A stretch of 51,897 nt of DNA, the filler included, from Catajapyx aquilonaris (Eukaryota), in the NCBI GenBank assembly GCA_000934665.2. It is 3 parts of 3 records of this genome, joined end to end, with 100 filler letters (N's around TTAATTAATTAA, not from the genome) between each part and the next. Parts side by side here need not be neighbours in the genome. Positions count along the whole stretch, not along the records: positions 1 to 17,229 come from JYFJ02006997.1; positions 17,330 to 34,577 come from KZ539626.1; 1 more part is not named here. One strand, written 5' to 3'. The position numbers and the translations under genes are program-made. The notes under the pieces were generated by a model. The model did no database searches. It worked only from the letters and a program-made list of their open reading frames with translations, and was not told the DNA's origin. Below are positions 11,035-22,815 of this stretch, piece by piece (the first letter of the stretch is position 1; each line of letters begins with the position of its first letter).

Positions 11035-12379
11035 ATGCCGCTGAGTAGCAAAGACAGTAGTGAGAGCCTCCAGTCGTCCTCAACTGGAAAGAGTGACTCG
11101 AACAAATCTGTATCGCTCAAAAGTGAAGGAGCCTCACCCAATGGTAAAGAGCTTTTGATGGTTTTAATTAATGTGTTATTCATAAGGGAATTTAATGCAG
11201 CAAGCACATCAGGAGAGATATCATGTGAGGGGCCACAAGGTGATGCCAGCCAGATACAGCCAAGGGGCTCGGATTCTGCAGTCAAAAATGACCTGGAATT
11301 CAAGCAGTTTATAAGTAAGTTGATTTAAACAAAATTGAGGTGTCATCTTAGGTAATGTATTTAAAGCCATACTTTTTTTATCAGGCGATTTTACAGCGGA
11401 AAGGCAGTATATGTCTCAGATTGTGGGAAGGGCCCGAGAGAAGTTTGTCGGTCTGTTGACAATGATGCAGTCCAAAGATGGCTTGACAAGAAATCCACAG
11501 GATGTAATGGACAAGTGTAGGGTGATCAACTTTGTCGGACCACCAAAGCCAATTGTTAATATCATGTTGTACATTTCAGTGTGCACGGAATTACTAGAAG
11601 CGACGAAGCACTGTAATGACAGCCATAGGGCAGTAGGCAATCAGTATGTGTCGCTCATGAACGAGCTGTTGTACAACTGGCAACAACTTCAACTGTTGTG
11701 TGACACTCTCGACGAACAGGAGGACGACGAGCCAGATGACGATGTGGAACCTCCAGTGGCAGGAAAGTTCTCCTTCGATGACATTGGAAGCGACAGTGAA
11801 GAGGAGGAAGTAGACCAACCAGACATCTACTGTGGAGACATGTCCGTCCAGTCCTGGTATCAAAGCAGGGAGGTCAAGGAGTTCCGCAAGAAAATGACGG
11901 CCCAATCCAATGCAATATGCCAGGAATGGTCTGAAAAGTTTCCACCAATGTCTCCTACTCAGAAGGTTCAGAAGAAGAAAGGTGGTTCTAGGAAAGAAGA
12001 GGCACCTCCTCCGTCCCCTTACGGCAAAATATTGCAGAACACTAAGGACAATGTAAGAAGAATGGGGCCCAACATGGTGAAAGCTCTGGACGGATCCTTC
12101 AACAGAGCAGATCCGGTTGATTATGCGAGGCCTTGGGGCAAGATAGCCATGAGGGAATGCGACAGGGTGATGCCAGACCCCAGGGTGATGTATCACGAGT
12201 GGCTGGAGAAGTACAAGGCGCAAGGCATCAGGGGGAAACCCACTACGGTGGTCACCAATCCCGCTCATCGAAAGAACCATCCCAACGTCAGGAGGAATCT
12301 CAAGCTGGCAAGGCGTCCCTCCGAGATGCCTGAACACGATGTGTTTCGCCAAATACAACGCTTTCATGATAATCAGTAA
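11035..12379 (+). CDS. Orphan protein of about 400 aa (exon 11035-11314, possibly with a 57-nt intron at 11144-11200; exon 11385-12379)
   Basis: The 322-aa ORF joins in frame to an upstream Ser-rich ORF via A|GTAAGT and TTTTTTATCAG|. Acidic linker and basic C-terminus. No family recognised. Confidence 0.65.
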
Positions 12380-12792
12380 AAGGCTCGGAATCAAACATTG
12401 TTGACACTAATTGCAAGTTTCATCAGAACCTGTGGGGGGACACACACACCCAAAAAAAGTTTGGATTATATCATATACAGTAAATTGTGTAATAAAATTT
12501 TCAAATGTTGCGACGAAGCTCAATAAAAAATGCTGGGAAATGTTTAGAAAATGTGTGATCAGTGCTGCGGAACATTGGATTCCTTGACCCTTGAATAATT
12601 TTGGTTGGCGTCGTCTGCCTGAGAGTGGCAGATAAATATTTTTTTTAAAACTGAGATAATTGTATGCTCTATCAGCTGAAAGCGGAAGTTGTACCATACT
12701 ACATGATTGTACCGCTCATTTTTGGACGGCATAGTCGCATTTCGCATGTGGCAGTCCAGCTTGTTACGTGTGTGAAGATTGGCAGACAAGCG

Positions 12793-13379
12793 ATGATGGC
12801 ACTAGCCGCCTTTTGGTTGACGCCTATCCTCATTCTCCTTTCGATAACAGGTATGTCTTGCGCTCACTGGTTTTAGCAAGAAGCCAGTGGTTCGCTACGT
12901 AACATTCGTAAAAATTCTCCAATTAAAAAGCGTAAACCTTGAAAATAAACAGATTCAATCTTGAAGTGTCGACTGTTCCTGCTGGTTATTCTGTTAATTT
13001 ACTTACTTTATTGAAAGAGTTCGGCAAGTGTGACTCGTCTGTGGAATCTCCCTCCGTGGCTGCCGTACATTCGCACATTGTTGTCGACAGAGACGTGACC
13101 CTGACCTGCGAGATCCATGATGCTTCGGACTACACGGTCCTGTGGAAGAAGAAAAAGAACGGCAGTGGAGATTCGGACTGGGCTCTGTTGTCCGTCTCAA
13201 ACATTTTGATCACAAAGGATCCAAGGATCTCCGTGGAGTATCGGAACAACAGCAGCCTGTACATACTCCGTATCCGGGGGGTGTTGAAGAAGGACGAAGG
13301 GACGTACCGATGCGAAGTGAACCATCAAGGATCAACTCCTGCAGACGTCATTCTCGAAGTGAGGACAATGATCCACTGA
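12793..13379 (+). CDS. Secreted single V-type Ig-domain protein 2 (exons 12793-12850, 13018-13379; about 139 aa)
   Basis: Leader MMALAAFWLTPILILLSIT and a phase-1 intron. Motifs VTLTC, LWKK, YILRI, DEGTYRC. No TM segment. Confidence 0.88.
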
Positions 13380-13906
13380 CGATCCATTTTACCTGTCGGA
13401 AGACAATGTTTGATCATAATTCGTACTGAAAATATACAACAACTGCAAATTATTGTGCCCATTTTATTCATGCAATGACGGGTTGTTCGCTCCAGCAACA
13501 GAAGCATAAAATTATCAGCATGTAACAAATGCGATTGAGCTGGTTGCTGGGGTATGCAATCCATCACTTTCCTTCCTACATCTGGCAATTGAGCAATGCA
13601 ACACCCTGCGTTACATTATGATGTGCTCCATAAATAATTTGGATCCGTCGCAACTGTTTATGTCGTCTGCCTGACAGTGGCAGATAAATAATAAAAAAAT
13701 GTGATATATTGCTGGCAGTGGAAGTCGTACTTACATGGCATTGACAGACATGTGCTCCCCACAGAATGGCCCTCAAACGGGGAATTAAAATATTTTTAAA
13801 ATAATAAAACATTAATAGACATGTGTCGTACTCGTCATTTTGCATGTGGCAGTGTAGGGGATATAAACACCAGTTTGTTACGCATTCGAGGGACGACTGG
13901 CAGAGA

Positions 13907-14436
13907 ATGACACGAAAACTAGCTGCATTTTGGATGACTCCTGCCGTAATTCTCCTTACGATAACAGGTAACACTTGCACTCAATGTAACAGCCAATGAC
14001 TATTGACACTGTAATTATTTACTTAAAAGCGTTCGGCAAGTGTGATTTGTATGGCGATTGTTCGCCTGAGGAATATGATCTGACCCTGGGAGCTCCCTCT
14101 GCCGATATCATACCTTCGCATGTGGTTGTTGAGCATGAAGATGTCCACCTGACCTGTGAGCTCCATGATGCTTCGGACTACATAGTCATCTGGAAGAAGA
14201 AGACCGGCAGTGGAGATTCAGACTGGACGCTGTTGTCAGTCGAATCGTTCGTGACGGTACCAGATCATAGAATCTCCGCGGAGTATCAGGACAAAGCAAG
14301 CTGGTACGTCCTTCATATCCAGGGGGCGCTGAAGGAGGACGAAGGGACGTACCGATGCGAAGTGGCCGTTGACAAAGCGCCACACGCAGACGTTGTCCTT
14401 GAAGTGAGGACAAGTGAGGACACGACGGACGAATGA
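13907..14436 (+). CDS. Secreted single V-type Ig-domain protein 3 (exons 13907-13967, 14030-14436; about 155 aa), tandem paralog of protein 2
   Basis: Leader MTRKLAAFWMTPAVILLTIT, 62-nt phase-1 intron, motifs VHLTC and DEGTYRC. TATAAA near 13862. Confidence 0.88.
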
Positions 14437-14827
14437 ATGACGATCCATTTGACCTGTTAGAAAACAAGGATGCTTTCACAATCAGCGTTCTTAGAGAGAA
14501 TATATAAGTGCAAATAATTGCTGTCGTTTATTTTTGCATACAATTCCGGATTGTTCATTCCAGCAGCCAGTATGAGGAACCATCATACCTACACATATGG
14601 GACATGTTCGCTCCACGATGCGCCGGATAGCGACATAATGTTGACATACATTCGCACATAAACAGCGATGACTGTAAATCACAGGGTCGAGTAACCACAG
14701 TTCTCCAAAATGGGTCTGTAACTGTAACGAGGGTTATGCCCCCACCCGCCCATCCACAAATGAAACCAAGGGATTGTTGTAAGCTACACAAATTTACTGA
14801 TCAAGTAAACTTTACATGGGTTGGCGC

Positions 14828-15256
<429 letters not shown>

Positions 15257-15467
15257 TCACGCACCAGACAGGTTTCCTCAAATCTAACCAATTTACCAGA
15301 TGCATGTTGCGTGGTAATATGGTATTAAGCCCACGCAACCCAATAGTTCCTATACCCACAACTCCGCAATGCTAACCCCACGTACTGTACCAGAGCCGGT
15401 TTTGCTCGGTTTTTGCAGCAATTACAGGTTCTTATTGAGAGATTCCTCCTGTAGGCTAATGCACTGA

Positions 15468-15705
15468 TCAGTGAGGCTTAACGTCGGGCTATTTCTGCCT
15501 CTAAGGCCCAACACCGACGCCAGGGGGTGGTCGTCCTCCTGGAAATTTTGCCACTCTGGGGATCTTTAACGTGCACTCGCGCAATGTCACAAGCACATGG
15601 GACCGACGGCTTTACTTCCCCTCCGAAGGAAGGCGCGCTCTCACTTTTCTACCACCCGGAGAAAAGTCACCTCGGCCGGGTTCGAACCCACAACCTTGGG
15701 ACCCA
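15468..15705 (-). mobile_element. tRNA-derived SINE (family 2)
   Basis: Palindromic B-box-like GGGTTCGAACCC near 15678. SINE-type core GGGATCTTTAACGTGCAC...GGGACCGACGGCTTTACTTCCCCTCCGAAGG. Confidence 0.65.
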
Positions 15706-15756
15706 ACCTTGGGACCAAGGGAACCGGGTCTGGCAGCATCTCCAGGAACATCCTCT

Positions 15757-15923
15757 TTGGTGATGCCGAGCACCCACTCCTGGACAACTGCTCGCATTCA
15801 ACAATGTCCTGGAAATGGCATCGACGAAGCTGGATCCATGAAAAAATCCCTTGGGCGTCGCCATTTCCAGGACATTGTTGAACAGGAAGCGTCGTCCAGG
15901 AGCGGGTGCATAGCACCACCAAA
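15757..15923. repeat. Imperfect inverted repeat (hairpin)
   Basis: Perfect 23-bp arms at 15797-15819 and 15860-15882, with imperfect extension outward. Confidence 0.8.
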
Positions 15924-16652
15924 AAAAGTGGTTCTCGGCCAGTGCATTCGGCGCCAGGAGGATTCTCTCGGTAATGTGGCAACAATGGTCAAGCCAAGGT
16001 GATGACCCCAGCCGTAACAGTACGCCGCATGTGCTTTACTTGTTCTTGGCCTGCATCTACTGCGGTACAACCACCCCCCTCCTGGAATGAACCTGTGCAG
16101 ATATGATGTTACATAACCTGGGGACGACCCCCCCCACGCATTGAGTGATGTTACTCAATGCAAGGCATAACCGAGATGTAACCCCCCTCTTCCTTAGTAG
16201 TAGTAGGCCTGGGGTAAAAATAGCTCATGTGAAGTACTACATTACCCTCTCCCTCCCTGCAGATCTTTTTTATTTTCCAAAATGGAATCCGCCCCTCCCA
16301 CCCACCCACCCACCCACATAGGGAAGTGATACCGACCTGAGCCGGGGGGTTAATTCCCTTCCTTCTGGTCTTGACCTGAGAGACGGTGACCTGGAGCTGG
16401 GCTTGGGGGGGCAACTGCAGGCTCCTGGGTCTGGACTAGGAAAGGAATCGAAGGAGGGGAAAAGAGCGGCTCCGAACCCGTTCGATCAAGCAGCAGCTTA
16501 CGAAGCAAAGGAGGAGGAGGAGGGGGAGGGGTGGGTGGAGGGTGGCAGGGATGGAAAGCAGCGTTGCCAACAGTCAGAGAGGGGGGAGAGGATTATCGAT
16601 ACACAACCAACCATCCGATATTATCGGATTTGCGGCAGAATTATCGTTGATG

Positions 16653-16981
16653 AGTTTCCCAAACTGTGCTCCGCGGAGCACTCGGTGCTCCGCGAATCTT
16701 TTCCAAGTGCTCCGCGAAGAGGTTGGGGGAAAAAAAAACCAATGCTATACCCATTCAAATCTCTCAGAAGCTTTGTGTGACCTTGAACCCCCCCCCNCCC
16801 CCCGCAAAAAAAAAATCGCCTGCGGCGGTCTTTCGCCCCCCTCCCATTCTAATTTACTAATTTGGCGCTCCCCCTTCCCCGCTCCAACCCAGATTTTTTT
16901 TTTCTGCTTACGCGGCTCGATGATCTTGGTGCTCCGTCACGAATATCTTGCTCCGCGGCTCAAAAAGTTTGGGAACCTCTG
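16653..16981. mobile_element. hAT-like MITE remnant
   Basis: GTTTCCCAAACT ... AGTTTGGGAACCTCTG ends with repeated TGCTCCGCG subterminal motifs. Confidence 0.55.
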
Positions 16982-17229
16982 CTGCTGTACCACGACCTCA
17001 CCGACCTGACGTCATCGTTTCTTCCATTGTTGCATTTTGTTGACACTGTGTATTCATAATGGTTCTGTGAAAATATTTCCGTAGGAAACCGTGTGATCAG
17101 ATCGTTCTCCCTATTTACCGTACATTACTGTACGATCTTGATATGCCTATATATCGTCGCAGAACATCGATATATCGTATAGGGGGGGTCGATTTATCGT
17201 ATGAAACCAGAAGGCAGGAGCTGGAGGAG

Positions 17230-17329
17230 NNNNNNNNNNNNNNNNNNNNNNNNNNNNNNNNNNNNNNNNNNNNTTAATTAATTAANNNNNNNNNNNNNNN
17301 NNNNNNNNNNNNNNNNNNNNNNNNNNNNN
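17230..17329. other. Artificial contig-joining spacer
   Basis: N44-TTAATTAATTAA-N44, which has stop codons in all six frames. Confidence 0.97.
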
Positions 17330-17977
17330 AAGCATTCAGCCATTGTGATTCACATTTGCATTTTTTACAGCTGCCTTCCCATCACAATACCATTATAGCT
17401 AGAACAAACCTGAGGGGCATTTTTTCATCAGATATTACTAACAATTTCCACAAAAAATTCTTGGTGGTCGGAGGAAACAATGATCCTGGAAAGCATCCCT
17501 TGTTTCATGTTTTGTGGGCATACAAGATAAATCCACTAACAAGTGAGAAAGATCAATTTTGTCGGTTATGAGTTATTTTTACAAGTATCATTTTTAATGA
17601 TGAATCGCCTGGTGAAGTCCATTTAGTCCTAAAGATTCATAAGGAGCCAGGAAGCCAGGATTGTCTTGACTACCCTCTAAGCAAGTGCAAGGTCAAATCT
17701 TTGCTTTGGATTAGCTTGAAACATGATTTTTTAACGTAATGGATTTCTCTTGTATGCCCATGATAATTCCCTCCCTGGCCTTATGACTACTTGATAAATG
17801 TGGATTAAATAGACCTAAAAGCATACTATACTATACTTTCTTGCACTTAATGTTAGTGGAACACTGCCCACTCTGCCTTGTCAAATGTGTGATGTTAGTT
17901 CCAGTTGACCATTCATGCCATCTTCAAAAAACAATAGTAAACTTACTGGTTCACGATGTGATATGGTTGGTTGTATT

Positions 17978-18686
17978 AGGGTCATTCAGATGAAAGCGAG
18001 CCATGGTCATATAGCAAATTTCCGGATGGGTTTGTCGCGGAAGGCCATACCGGTGTAGTATTATGGCACTCTGGCCATTCGATCGCTCGACACAGTTGCA
18101 GTGTGCCCCCCTGGAAAGCATCCCTTGTTTCATGTGTCAATATCAAGAAAAATCCACTAACAAGTCAAAAAGGCCTTCAAAGACCGTCAAAAAGACAGTC
18201 CAGTCAGATATGGAGGCAACAAATGTTGAGCAGCGAGTGGTAATCGATTTTTGAACCACTGAATGTGTCAGCAGTACAGAAGTCCATCTCATTATGAGTA
18301 AGTACAAGTAAGTACGAAAACTGTGTATCTTTGCCATGTGCTAGAGCCTGGACCCTGGAGTAAGTGGTTCTGAGAGGGGCCGTTGTCGTTGACTGGTGAT
18401 TCCGGGCCAGGGCAAGCAAACTGCTTACTCCAGGCTCTAACACATGGCAAAGACATACAGTTTTCGTACACGGTACTCATACTGAGATGGCTTTCAGTAC
18501 TGCCGACACATTCAGTGGTTCAAAAACCGATTACTGCTGGCTGATCAACATCCATTGCTTCCATATCTGACGGCGTGTGCCATAATACTACACCGGTACG
18601 GCCTTCATTTTGTGTATAAGATGTTGTGACAAACCCATCTGGAAATATGCTATGTGACCATGGCTCATTTTCATCTTAATGGACCT
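17978..18686. mobile_element. Old foldback/MITE element with long degenerate inverted arms
   Basis: 17980-18070 pairs with 18577-18685, and 18200-18290 pairs with 18478-18572. Confidence 0.7.
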
Positions 18687-18796
18687 TATCCAACACATTA
18701 AGACCAAAAAAGAGAATGAGTTTTAAACTAGATGTCGATTGATGGGCATTTCCCCTCCTTGATTCAGGCCACAAAGGGTAAGAGTGGAAAGAAACT

Positions 18797-20545
18797 ATGG
18801 ATTACGCACAGAGTTGGCCTAGTGACGAAACCATAGAGACGGAGGAGGATGGCGAAGAAGAGGAGGAGGAGGAGGAAGAGGAAGAAAACCCTGCTGAAGT
18901 CCTGAAGGAATGCCTGGAGCGGTTTGCCAGCCCAGACTACATAATGGAACCTGGAATATTCACACAACTGAAGCGATACTTCCAGGCTGGAGGGAGCCCA
19001 GAGCAGGTGATTGAAGTGTTGTCAGCTAACTACAACGCAACTGCCCAAGTAGCCAACCTGATGGCTGAATGGCTTATCCTTGCTGGATGCAGTATTGGAG
19101 AGGTACAGGCCATGGTTGAGAACAGTCTGAAGGGGATGATCCTGAAGACATTCGATCCCAAGAAAGCTGATGCAATTTTTTCTGAAGAGGGTGAAACTCC
19201 TGCATGGCTCACTGAGATGATTAACCATCCAACATGGCGATCACTGGTGTATCAGCTGGCAGAAGAATATCCAGACTGCCTGATGCTGAACTTTACAGTC
19301 AAGCTTATCTCAGATGCAGGTTTTCAGGGTGAAATCACATCATTGTCAACAGCAGCACAACAAATTGAAGTTTTCTCACGCATTTTGAAGACAGCTGTCA
19401 CCACATTCCTGTCATCTGGTGATGAAACAGTGCAGCGGGCACTCAAGGAGTGCTCAAAGATGGTATGTCATGGTCAGCACACTTACGTGTACAGCCAAGT
19501 GTTGCTGCATGTCCTAATGCAGGAACCCAAAGGAGGATGTACTATAAAGCGTTTGTCGCAGGAAATAACCAAATGTGCACAAGCTGCTGGCCATGATGTG
19601 ACACCTGTCACTATGGCCTTAAATGGGGCCATGGCATATCCTCGAGCTAGTCAAGCCTTGTCAGCCATGTTGTCAAAAAATACACTAAATCCAGCTGACA
19701 TCACAGTGCTCTTCAAGATGTACTCAGTGGGGCCTGGTGGTCCTGATCCACCACCAGTGGACATTATTCGTAACCCACAGTTTTTGGAGCTGCTTTCTGA
19801 TGCTTTATTCAAGCCAGGGACTAAGTTAAATCCAGAGCACAAGTCCAAGTACGTCTTCTTATTGGCATATGCTGCCAGTGTGTGTGAGACAAAGCGCCGC
19901 GGCATCAATCGTGATGAACTTAAAGCAACAATTCAGGCTGTTGAAAAGGTTCATACAACTTGTACCACTGGACGGGGAAGTGCTGAACTTGTGGCAGAAC
20001 TGGCAACCCTTTACCAATGTGTCCGCTTTCCGGTTGTTGCTGTTGGTGTGTTGCGGTGGGTTGAGTGTACCGTAACAGAGCCAAGTTACTTCAAACTCTG
20101 CACGGAACACACACCAGTGCATCTGGCATTGTTAGATGAAGTTGTTGCGTGCCATCCATTACTTCATCAACGTGTTCAGGAGCTTCTCGTGCGTCTTTTT
20201 GAGTCTGAACAAGATGAGTTGGAAATCTTGGTTCAGCTTGAGCTACGGAAGGTGCTGTTGGATCGTATGGTAAATTTGCTGACACGTGGCTGTGTACTTC
20301 CTGTTGTTAAGTACATTAAGCAGTGTTGGCTGAAGGGAGACACAGACATATCTCTCATTCGTTACTTTGTGATGGAGGTACTTGAAGCTATTGCACCCCC
20401 TTACACATTTGAGTTTGTGCAGCTCTTCCTTCCAATGGTGGAGTGTGATGACATCACTGGTGGCATGAGAGGAGGAGACGGAGACAATGATTCAGTTTCG
20501 GAATTCATTGTTCATTGCAAGGCCAACTATGTAATGGTGAACTAA
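18797..20545 (+). CDS. NELFCD: Negative elongation factor C/D (TH1-like), intronless CDS, 582 aa
   Basis: [75 protein letters not shown]. Confidence 0.96.
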   Translation: MDYAQSWPSDETIETEEDGEEEEEEEEEEENPAEVLKECLERFASPDYIMEPGIFTQLKRYFQAGGSPEQVIEVLSANYNATAQVANLMAEWLILAGCSIGEVQAMVENSLKGMILKTFDPKKADAIFSEEGETPAWLTEMINHPTWRSLVYQLAEEYPDCLMLNFTVKLISDAGFQGEITSLSTAAQQIEVFSRILKTAVTTFLSSGDETVQRALKECSKMVCHGQHTYVYSQVLLHVLMQEPKGGCTIKRLSQEITKCAQAAGHDVTPVTMALNGAMAYPRASQALSAMLSKNTLNPADITVLFKMYSVGPGGPDPPPVDIIRNPQFLELLSDALFKPGTKLNPEHKSKYVFLLAYAASVCETKRRGINRDELKATIQAVEKVHTTCTTGRGSAELVAELATLYQCVRFPVVAVGVLRWVECTVTEPSYFKLCTEHTPVHLALLDEVVACHPLLHQRVQELLVRLFESEQDELEILVQLELRKVLLDRMVNLLTRGCVLPVVKYIKQCWLKGDTDISLIRYFVMEVLEAIAPPYTFEFVQLFLPMVECDDITGGMRGGDGDNDSVSEFIVHCKANYVMVN

Positions 20546-21099
20546 AGAACTATCTACATGTACAATGTCAGACAATGGTACACACCTCATGACACCTGTG
20601 TATTTGGAATATGTGTCAAGTTAGCGAAATAACATGTTTTGCAATAACAATTAGGAACAATTGTTTCTTAAAAGTGAAAGGATGGACTCAGAGTTTTTGC
20701 TTTAGTGGTCAACGAAATAACAAAGACAATCCATAAGTTCCAGCTTCTGCATTTGGCAATTTTGAACTTCCAGTGGTACCACAGTGCATTATTTTATTAT
20801 TTATTATTTATTATTATTTTATTTTTGTTACCGTATTGGGCTGCATGCTATTTGGGGGAGATTACCTGTTACAGTTTATAAAATGTACTCAGCCATAATA
20901 TCAATGTACGTTCAGTACCGTTCATAAAGAATGGTACGACTCTATATAGATGAAATGTTTATCCTGTTCTCAACCCCTTGGTCACCAGCATGTTTTTAGA
21001 TGTCATGAGGAAGTCTGGGAAAAGGGAATCAAAATAAAATAAAAAAGCGAAGAAAAAAACACAGCAAAGTAGGAAAATTTTAGGGGGGAAATTCACATT

Positions 21100-21513
21100 C
21101 ACATGTGTCTCGTAGTCAATCTTTTCCAGGAGGAGTTTCATATTTTCGTATGATTCTTTCATGTTTGCGGCGTGAGCTAATGGTACAGAAGGAAATTCAT
21201 TGCCATTGTGAAGCAGAACAGCTTTCAAGCTGGCTTTAGAAGATCAATGAACCAACTCTGTTGGGATGTGTTATGTACCAGGATTTCCATTACAGAGCCA
21301 ACATCAGTACAAATACTAAATATAAAATATTCATCATACAGCATGAATGGTGAAAAAATACATGAAAGCTCACAAATTGATGCATAAAAACAGTCGTAGC
21401 AAAAAACCTAATACGTGATGGAAAGATTCTAATTACATATTTGAATTCAGCGTGAAAAGTTCTATTAGGAACACTATCAGTGATCTTTGCTACAAAAACC
21501 TTGTAGACCAGTG
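21100..21513. mobile_element. DNA transposon remnant (transposase-like fragment plus probable terminus)
   Basis: Minus-strand peptide SLKAVLLHNGNEFPSVPLAHAANMKESYENMKLLLEKIDY resembles a widespread invertebrate transposon ORF (from recall). Terminus-like CCTTGTAGACCAGTG near 21499-21513. Superfamily not assigned. Confidence 0.55.
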
Positions 21514-22662
21514 ATTTGCGTGTCCATCCAAATAAAGAAAGAAAAAATGTGTCCGTTTTATATGAATCGCCCGTGGATCCATTATTTATGTTAATGATTG
21601 TATATATGATTGGTAGGGGAAGTGAGGAGCACAAATAGCTTGTGTTGTTTTCTTCATTGTAGAATTGACATTTGAAGTCTGTGTATCATGTTTTATTTGC
21701 AATTTTTGTAAGTTGTCAAGGAAGTGAAGGTGTGTGAATTTTACAAGTCAACTATTTATCTCGTTTTATTCTAATGTCAGTAATTTTGTACTAAATTCAG
21801 GTAGCTGATTTGGAACATGACCAGTCCAAAAAATTCTTTTTGTGGGCCTGGTGGCTATAAGTAGATTACAGCGCAAAGCTCAAGATATCAGAGAATTATT
21901 TTCTGCATTGTTCAGTTTATTAATATCTTTAATATGAAATCAAATACCTAAGTAGTTAATGGTTAAATAGAGTCTGCCCAAAAAGACCGTGTGGTTTTTG
22001 TGTGTTTTTGAAGTAAGAGTAGCCAGTTGCAAATGGAACCAGATGCAAGCAATACCCTCATTGGAAGAAAAAAAATCCACTTGGCACTGAGCCTGGCATC
22101 TGTACATTGTCTCTGGGATCAACATAGTGCATGACACGGTGCATGAGCATGCTTACACACATGAAATATTAATTGATTTAAGAAACTTACTTATTGGGAA
22201 TTGAAAGAAGATTTGTCTGTAAATGAAATGCATACCTCTCGTGGAGTTTCCCAAATATATGGAGTGCCAGCGAATAACGAGCAACTCCTCGTTATCCTCA
22301 CATAACCAATACCCAAAAAAACTCTGGAGACTGGTCAAGAACTTGCAGAAGTGGGGGAGTGGGGGTGGAAGTTACAGAGTGCCAACTCATTAGGCTAGGC
22401 TGGTTGTTGGCATCGGCGTTATCCCTGGAGGCATTGACCAACACAGGATGGGCGAGGCAGGAACACCATCTCAATGCTGAGCTGTTGGCTACACCAGATT
22501 GCAGTACCTGTCGCCATGCAGGAGATGAAAGAGGCTAGGAAACCTTCCAGCATCCAAATGGAATGCCTTCTACTTGCCGACTGGACAGGCTGTAAATGAA
22601 TTACAGTGTAATATTTAAATAAGTTATGCAAGTAGATTCAAAAGTTTGCTATTGTTCTAGCA

Positions 22663-22815
22663 CAGTGCTATTCAACTGGCGGTCCGGATCTAGACCGCGA
22701 TGCAATTTTGTCCGGACCGCGGCAATATACACGACAGTTTGAAATAGCATGATAAATTACTAATTCATGATTTTTCAGAAAAAGTGCTACCAATTTCATC
22801 AAATACACACCCATT
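22663..22815 (+). mobile_element. hAT-like element end
   Basis: CAGTGCTATTCAA terminus with GGTCCGGACCGCGG motifs. Inverted homolog at 33400-33532. Confidence 0.65.

Noticed and set aside
6540..14480. V(D)J-like rearranging locus suggested by the leader-intron-V genes
   Set aside because: Each V exon includes its final strand and its own stop codon. I found no CACAGTG-spacer-nonamer signal after them; the CACTGTA after gene 1 runs into a poly(A) signal.
17274..17285. TTAATTAATTAA as a biological motif such as a piggyBac target
   Set aside because: It is centred in identical N runs twice, so it is an assembly linker.
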